Source of the DNA: Chlamydiia bacterium | GTDB taxonomy: Bacteria; Chlamydiota; Chlamydiia; Chlamydiales; Parachlamydiaceae | Length of the DNA stretch: 12,417 bases | NCBI GenBank assembly: GCA_038257035.1 | Contig: JBBSJT010000071.1 | Location: forward strand, 1-12,417 | Reading direction: 5' to 3' | Part shown: in pieces, positions 7,038 to 12,417 of the stretch | Numbering within the stretch: the stretch's first letter is position 1 | Layout of the letters: each line of letters starts with the position of its first letter | Notes under the pieces: generated by a model | What the model saw: the letters and a program-made list of their open reading frames with translations, nothing else | The model's database searches: none | What the model was told of the DNA's origin: nothing | Position numbers and translations under genes: made by a program

Positions 7038-7390
7038 TTTTACCACGAAGAGCTAATAAGTTTTGTGGATTTTTATACCGCTAAGAGGGATCTTTTTACC
7101 GCGAAGAACGCGAAGAAGCGCAGCTTCGCTGCGGGAAGAAACGCGAAGAAGCGCGCTTACGCGCGAAGAAGAAGAAGATATTCCGGAAGATATAAAATAA
7201 GCCCCTTATTTAAAATTGTTTTTGACAAAACAATTTTACTAATCATCCCCTTTGCTTATTGCAAAGGGGAATTTTTAAATCTTTCTTGCTTTTTTCTTCC
7301 CGCGCGACAGCGCGCTTCTTCGCGCTTCTTCGCGGTCTTCGCGGTAAAAAAGTCCCCTTTAACGGTATAATATTTGCTTTGACGGTAAAT
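7038..7390. repeat. About 350-bp composite palindromic element built from TTACCGCGAAG and CGCGAAGAA(G) subrepeats
   Basis: 7073-7121 and 7322-7370 form a 49-bp inverted repeat (43/49 identity). There are degenerate outer copies at 7039-7050 and 7378-7390, and GC-rich mini-hairpins at 7119-7133, 7152-7165 and 7301-7314. Confidence 0.88.
7246..7276 (+). terminator. Intrinsic terminator candidate for the dcw operon
   Basis: Perfect 10-bp stem TCCCCTTTGC-ttatt-GCAAAGGGGA followed by ATTTTT. Confidence 0.55.
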
Positions 7391-7415
7391 GTGTGGAATG
7401 TGTTGGATGCGAGGG

Positions 7416-7441
7416 GAGTCAGTTTTTTTCAAAACTGACTC
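7416..7441. terminator. Stem-loop just downstream of the dnaA stop (possible terminator or 3' stabiliser)
   Basis: 11-bp stem GAGTCAGTTTT-tttc-AAAACTGACTC, 11 nt from the dnaA stop. There is no U-tract on the minus strand. Confidence 0.4.
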
Positions 7442-7452
7442 TTTAGATGGAA

Positions 7453-8793
7453 TTAAACGATACTTCTTTCAACCATGCCGATTTGGCGTCTTAACATTTC
7501 ATCACTTGATAATTTCTTCTCAATATTTTTGCAAGCATGCAAAATTGTTGAATGTGTTTTACCAAAGGATGCACCAAGCATCTGCAACGATTCATTAATA
7601 AGTTTATGAGCTAGATACATCGCCACTTGACGAGGCAATGCAACTTCTTTTGTGCGCATCGTGCCTTTTAAATCACTAATACGTACTTCAAAAATTGTAG
7701 CTACACTCTTAAGAATTTGTTCCACAGAGATTTTTTGCTTCGGAGCATGTTGAAACATTTCTCTCAATGTTTTTTCAACAAGTTCCTCAGTCACCGGCAT
7801 ATTAAACAAGCGACAATGAGCGCATAGTCGATTGATTGCTCCTTCAAGTTGGCGAACGTTATTAAAAATATGTTCAGCCATGTAAAAAGCGACTTTACTT
7901 GGAATGTCAAGCCCTTTTTGCTGTGCTTTATGTTGAAGGATTGCAACTCTTGTTTCAAGATCAGGAATTCCAACATTTGCAACAAGACCCCATTCCATTC
8001 TAGCAATCATACGTTCTGAAAGCTTTAATTGAGATGGTGGCTTATCACTTGTAATTACGATTTGCTTATTTTGGTTAATAAGCGTTTCAAATGTATTACA
8101 AAATTCTTCTTCAAAATTTAAACGATTTTGAAGAAATTGGATATCATCGACAAGTAGTATGTCAATATCAGATCTATAATAACGCTTCATTGCGTCAACT
8201 GATTTGTTTCTTAAGCTATCAACTAAATCATTAATAAATGCTTCAGTTGTGATACATTGTACACGTAGTTTTTTGTTATTGTCTCTAACATGATGTCCAA
8301 TACTATGGAGTATATGGGTTTTTCCAAGACCAACACCACCATGAATGAATAGTGGGTTATAAGATTGTCCGGGTCTTGCAGCAACTCCAAAGGCAGCCGA
8401 TTTGACAAATTGGTTTGTCGGTCCTTCGATAAACTTATCAAATCGGTAATTATCATTTAGTCTGACTTGAGGAATGTGAGGTGTAGTATTGTCAATTATC
8501 TCAGGTGTAACGGCAGGCTTAAGAATCGTCACTTTTTGCACTGGGGCAATAGTAAACTCTATGGCCGGTTCGCCGTTTTGGGTCACAGGTAAAAATGCAC
8601 AAAGATCTTGCTTGTAATTTGAAAGAAGATATTCTTTAACAAACACGTTTGGAATTTCTAATGATATAGAGTCTAATGTATATTTTAAAACTCTAATTGG
8701 CTCGAGCCAATTGCCAAATGCCGTAGCTGAGCTACGATTTTTAACATATTGAAGAAATAGATTCCACGCGTCACAAGTATGGGGATCATGCAT
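7453..8793 (-). CDS. dnaA: Chromosomal replication initiator DnaA (chlamydial DnaA2/CT275 type)
   Basis: Motifs [25 protein letters not shown] (Walker A), LLVDDIQFL (Walker B), NVRQLEGA and PRQVAMYL. The ATG at 8793 ([10 protein letters not shown], with AAGGG upstream) fits the recalled chlamydial DnaA2 N-terminus. The ORF stays open upstream to an ATG at 8871. Confidence 0.96.
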   Translation of the reverse strand: MHDPHTCDAWNLFLQYVKNRSSATAFGNWLEPIRVLKYTLDSISLEIPNVFVKEYLLSNYKQDLCAFLPVTQNGEPAIEFTIAPVQKVTILKPAVTPEIIDNTTPHIPQVRLNDNYRFDKFIEGPTNQFVKSAAFGVAARPGQSYNPLFIHGGVGLGKTHILHSIGHHVRDNNKKLRVQCITTEAFINDLVDSLRNKSVDAMKRYYRSDIDILLVDDIQFLQNRLNFEEEFCNTFETLINQNKQIVITSDKPPSQLKLSERMIARMEWGLVANVGIPDLETRVAILQHKAQQKGLDIPSKVAFYMAEHIFNNVRQLEGAINRLCAHCRLFNMPVTEELVEKTLREMFQHAPKQKISVEQILKSVATIFEVRISDLKGTMRTKEVALPRQVAMYLAHKLINESLQMLGASFGKTHSTILHACKNIEKKLSSDEMLRRQIGMVERSIV

Positions 8794-9163
8794 AGTTTCG
8801 GCCCTTTTTAAGTTATAAACAAAGTTCCCACAGAGTAGTCTGGGGGTTTCTATGTTGCGGTAATCTAACATTTGATGATTCTCTTTCGCAAGTAAATTTC
8901 GGAAAAAAAATGGCTCAAATCTTTAAAGTCTTGCAAATCAGAAGAAGAAGGATGTAAATAAAAATTTTAATGTGAATTGAATAAAACGTCCTTTTTAATC
9001 TAATTCATTTAGTTTAAGTGGGATGTAGTTTTTAGCGAATTTGTTCATAAGCGTAAATCAATGTGTTTGAACAGGTTAAATAGTGAAAATGAGACTAATT
9101 TTTAGTTTCTTTCCATTTTTAGCCATTTTGATTAGACTGGCAAATCTTAAACATTGGAGAGTT

Positions 9164-10333
9164 ATGAACAATTTTATCCCATATACAAAACAAACCCTCA
9201 ACACCGAAGATATAGAATGTGTCGTTGACGCTTTAAATCAAACTTTGATCACAAGAGGGCCGATTGTTGAAACTTTTGAAAAGGCTGTGGCCGATTACAC
9301 GGGTGCAAAGTATGCTGTTGCTTTCAATAGCGGAACCACCGCCCTTTACGCTGCTTGCTTTGCAGGAAAGGTAGGTCTAAATGATGAATGCCTTACTACA
9401 CCCAATAGTTTCGTAGCATCGAGCGGCTGTGCAGCTTTTTTTGGTGCCACACCTATATTTTTAGATATCGATAGAAAGACCGGTAATCTTGATTTAAAAA
9501 ATATGCAATTTAATTTAGAAAAAAAGAAATCAAGAGGCAAGACTGTCATCATTCCTGTTCATTTTAGCGGTATCCCAGTAGATATGGAAAGGTTGGACCG
9601 AATGATTCAAGATCCTAATACCTTGGTTATTGAAGATGCAGCACATGCTTTGGGCTCCTCATACAAAAATGGAAGTAAGGTGGGTTCATGCGAATTTAGT
9701 CAAATGACAATCTTTAGTTTCCATCCAGCAAAACAAATCACTACCGGTGAGGGGGGAATGGTATTAACTAATGACGAAGAACTTTATTATCGATTAAAGC
9801 TATATCGTAATAATGGAATAGTAAGGGATGAATTACCGGATGGACAAACAACCCCTTATTACGATGTTGTAAATCTAACAGGAAATTTTAATCTAACAGA
9901 ATTTCAAGCAGCTTTGGGGCTTAATCAATTTAAGCGAATTGATGAAATTGTGGACAAAAGACGTAAAATCATTAAACATTATAGAAAATTGTTAAAAAAT
10001 TTGGAAAATGTTCAGATGTTTACATCCGAATTTGATGAGCATGTTTCCTTTCATCTGGCTGTTGTGCAAATAAATTTTGAGGCCTATAAAACAACCCGAG
10101 TCCAAGTTATGAACAAATTGTTCGAAAAAGGAATTGGCACTCAATATCATTACATTCCGATGTACGAACATTCTTGTTTTGCAAAATCTTCTCAAAATAT
10201 CGAAGAATATTTCCCTGAAATGGAAAGCTATTTTAAAGAAGGGCTGTCACTCCCTCTTTATACAGACCTTACATTAGATGAGGTTGAATATGTCGTTAAG
10301 TCGTTGGGACAGGTTCTGTCGTCGTCACGATAG
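9164..10333 (+). CDS. DegT/DnrJ/EryC1/StrS-family PLP-dependent nucleotide-sugar aminotransferase, PseC-like
   Basis: Motifs [31 protein letters not shown] and [15 protein letters not shown] (PLP Lys). GGAG Shine-Dalgarno site at 9156-9159 before the ATG at 9164. Confidence 0.9.
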   Translation: MNNFIPYTKQTLNTEDIECVVDALNQTLITRGPIVETFEKAVADYTGAKYAVAFNSGTTALYAACFAGKVGLNDECLTTPNSFVASSGCAAFFGATPIFLDIDRKTGNLDLKNMQFNLEKKKSRGKTVIIPVHFSGIPVDMERLDRMIQDPNTLVIEDAAHALGSSYKNGSKVGSCEFSQMTIFSFHPAKQITTGEGGMVLTNDEELYYRLKLYRNNGIVRDELPDGQTTPYYDVVNLTGNFNLTEFQAALGLNQFKRIDEIVDKRRKIIKHYRKLLKNLENVQMFTSEFDEHVSFHLAVVQINFEAYKTTRVQVMNKLFEKGIGTQYHYIPMYEHSCFAKSSQNIEEYFPEMESYFKEGLSLPLYTDLTLDEVEYVVKSLGQVLSSSR

Positions 10334-10790
10334 CAAAACATTGAACACCATCTCCACAGCCAAAATCGGTTAATCCCTCACCCGATGTGGCTGTGATCCC
10401 AACTTCAGAAATATCAAGTTTCAAAACCCTTGCAATATTTTGGCGCATTTCTTCAAGTTTTTCTTTAAATTTGGGTTTTTTTCCTTCCAGAGTCAACGCC
10501 ACGTGGCTGATTTTTTGATTTTTAAGTGTTTTAAGAGCCTCTATCAGATACACTTCACTGTCCGTGATCCCATCTTTTAAGCAAAGATCATCAGCTAATG
10601 CACCAAGAATTAAAACGCCTGTAACGGAAGTAATGGCATTGCAAATAGCGTGAAAAGCAACATCCCCGTCTGAATTTGCATTAAAGCCCGGAGCATCATC
10701 AAAAATGATCCCTGCGATCACGCAAGGCTTGGATGAGTCGTTAGGTAGAAAACGATGGCTATCTTGACCGATTCCTGTTCTTGTCTTCAT
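10296..10790 (-). CDS. ispF: 2-C-methyl-D-erythritol 2,4-cyclodiphosphate synthase
   Basis: Motifs [30 protein letters not shown] and ITATSGEGL. The ATG at 10790, with AAAGGG upstream, is preferred over 10829. Confidence 0.95.
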   Translation of the reverse strand: MKTRTGIGQDSHRFLPNDSSKPCVIAGIIFDDAPGFNANSDGDVAFHAICNAITSVTGVLILGALADDLCLKDGITDSEVYLIEALKTLKNQKISHVALTLEGKKPKFKEKLEEMRQNIARVLKLDISEVGITATSGEGLTDFGCGDGVQCFAIVTTTEPVPTT

Positions 10791-10902
10791 AAAATTTAAA
10801 CCCTTTTTTACATAAGTACATATTAACATATACTTTTATACTAAAAATCAATTTTTGAAAAGTTTCTAAATTTTTATTTTTTTGTTTGCGAATCGATTTT
10901 GG

Positions 10903-10930
10903 TTGTAATGTAAAGAAATTTTATGATAAT
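10903..10930 (+). promoter_or_regulatory. Putative sigma66-type promoter of murA
   Basis: TTGTAA, a 16-nt spacer, then GATAAT, in the AT-rich divergent ispF/murA spacer. Confidence 0.35.
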
Positions 10931-10979
10931 AGAAGGGCATTCAATAAAAGCTTAAAAAATAATTTTGGAAACGGTGAAA

Positions 10980-12386
10980 ATGGAAGTATTAAAAATTCAG
11001 GGTGGTAGCCCACTTAAAGGGCATATTAAGGCAGCAGGTGCTAAAAATGCCATGACAAAGCTACTTGTAGCCTCTCTTCTTTCAGATAAAAAATGTACTT
11101 TTTATAATGTTCCAAATATCGGTGACGTAGAAGTGACAGTTGCTTTATGTGAAGAAATTGGTATGGAAGTTACCTGGGATAAAAAAGCCGGAATCATGGA
11201 AGTTATCACAAGGGAATTAAAAACTTCTTACGTGCCTCAAAGATTTTCAGGCGCAAATCGTATTCCAATCTTGTTGATGGGTGCCCTTTTAAGTCGTACT
11301 GATGGAGAAATCATTGTTCCAACTGTCGGTGGATGTGATATCGGTCAACGATCCGTTGATTTTCATATAGAAGCTCTTAGAAGCCTTGGAGCACATATTG
11401 AATATCGTGGTATGAAGCGTGAGGGAGCCTACATGGCTCACGCACACAATGGCCTAAAAGGTACGATGATCACACTTCCTTATCCATCTGTAGGGGCAAC
11501 TGAAAATACAATTTTGGCCGGTGTTACCGCGAGGGGCATTACAATCATTAGGAATGCAGCAGCAGAGCCTGAAATTGTTGAACTCATTCTATTTTTGCAA
11601 AAGCTTGGTGCAATCATTACATTAGACACAGACCGTACCATACGCATTCAAGGAACAAGACGCTTTTACGAAGTAGAGCATACAGTGATCCCTGATAGGC
11701 TTGAAAGTGCCTCATTTGGTCTTGCCGCCATCTGCTCAAAAGGGCGTGTTTTTGTTGAGGGTGCTGAACATCGACATATGATTACGCTATTAAATAAAAT
11801 TCGTGAAGTTGGCGGTGGTTTTGAAATTAAGAGCAATGGGATTGAATTTTATTATGACGGTCCACTCCAAGGAGGCCTTCATGTTGAGACGGATGTACAT
11901 CCGGGATTCGTTACCGATTGGCAGCAGCCTTTTGTGGTTCTATTAACTCAAAGCACAGGCTCATCGGTTGTTCATGAAACAGTTTATGAAAATCGTTTTG
12001 GTTACACAGAGACCTTAAATGAAATGGGCGCCGATATCACATCTTTCAGACAATGCCTTGGTGGTAAATCATGCCGTTTTGCTTCTCAAAGCTTTTCCCA
12101 TAGCATCATCGTTAAGGGGTCCACACCGCTTGTTGCAAAAGACATTGCCATCCCTGATTTAAGAGCAGGCTTTGCTTATGTTATGGCAGCGGCCATTGCA
12201 ACAGGAACAAGCACATTAAGTGGGCTGCACTTTCTTGACCGCGGCTATGAAGACGTTGTGGGTAAACTTCAAAGCATAGGGCTTGATATCAACCGTGTGA
12301 GACTCGATATCAAAGAAAAAGTGATCGCCGTTAAGAAAAAACCGGTTGTAGCGCCAGCATTAAAAATCATCGAATCCTGCACTTAA
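10980..12386 (+). CDS. murA: UDP-N-acetylglucosamine 1-carboxyvinyltransferase
   Basis: Motifs GAKNA, GGCDIGQR, SVGATEN, NAAAEPE, IPDRLE, HPGFVTDWQ, ETVYENRF, PDLRAG and DRGYE. The start is the ATG at 10980 or the TTG at 10965. Confidence 0.97.
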   Translation: MEVLKIQGGSPLKGHIKAAGAKNAMTKLLVASLLSDKKCTFYNVPNIGDVEVTVALCEEIGMEVTWDKKAGIMEVITRELKTSYVPQRFSGANRIPILLMGALLSRTDGEIIVPTVGGCDIGQRSVDFHIEALRSLGAHIEYRGMKREGAYMAHAHNGLKGTMITLPYPSVGATENTILAGVTARGITIIRNAAAEPEIVELILFLQKLGAIITLDTDRTIRIQGTRRFYEVEHTVIPDRLESASFGLAAICSKGRVFVEGAEHRHMITLLNKIREVGGGFEIKSNGIEFYYDGPLQGGLHVETDVHPGFVTDWQQPFVVLLTQSTGSSVVHETVYENRFGYTETLNEMGADITSFRQCLGGKSCRFASQSFSHSIIVKGSTPLVAKDIAIPDLRAGFAYVMAAAIATGTSTLSGLHFLDRGYEDVVGKLQSIGLDINRVRLDIKEKVIAVKKKPVVAPALKIIESCT

Positions 12387-12417
12387 GAGATCAACAGTGT
12401 GGGATTTTTGACCAGTG

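Noticed and set aside
7065..7370. 101-aa Arg/Ala/Lys-rich ORF
   Set aside because: It coincides with the palindromic repeat element. Its composition is a by-product of the CGCGAAGAA repeats, and it has a GTG start with no clear RBS.
7038..7452. oriC downstream of dnaA
   Set aside because: Only weak DnaA-box-like matches were seen (TGTGGATTT near 7064, TGTGGAATG near 7392). The region is explained by the palindromic element, and chlamydial oriC is not known to be dnaA-linked.
8872..9163. oriC or autoregulatory DnaA-box cluster upstream of dnaA
   Set aside because: AT-rich, but only an isolated imperfect box (TGTTCATAA, 9042-9050) was noticed. This is insufficient, although non-canonical boxes cannot be excluded.
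9083..9163. Apparent signal-peptide-like N-terminal extension on the aminotransferase
   Set aside because: Family homology starts at Met 9164, which has a good GGAG RBS, and these enzymes are cytoplasmic. The hydrophobic look comes from T-rich intergenic DNA.
10660..10685. IspF motif ANSDGD instead of canonical GHSDGD
   Set aside because: As recalled, this is typical of chlamydial IspF. The Zn ligands (D-x-H and the downstream His) are intact.

Overview
An AT-rich core chromosomal region from a member of the phylum Chlamydiae, most likely an environmental (non-Chlamydiaceae) lineage. The taxon is inferred from recognisable chlamydial protein families and from MurA retaining its catalytic Cys. 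Gene order: a CT274-like TPR chaperone and a CT273-like protein on the minus strand; a reduced, mraZ-less dcw operon (rsmH-ftsL-ftsI/pbp3-murE-amiA) on plus; a chlamydial DnaA2-type dnaA on minus; an orphan PseC-like sugar aminotransferase on plus; ispF on minus; and murA on plus. The coding content is mostly housekeeping. The unusual signal is non-coding: three unrelated large palindromic or tandem-repeat elements (1-272, 4578-4774, about 7038-7390), each starting just 3' of a stop codon. The middle one has perfect 25-bp terminal inverted repeats ending in CTAG, nested hairpins with compensatory substitutions and a GTAG-REP-like unit. No transposase, CRISPR array, tRNA or rRNA is visible. No database searches were run, so family assignments come from motifs and recalled sequences.
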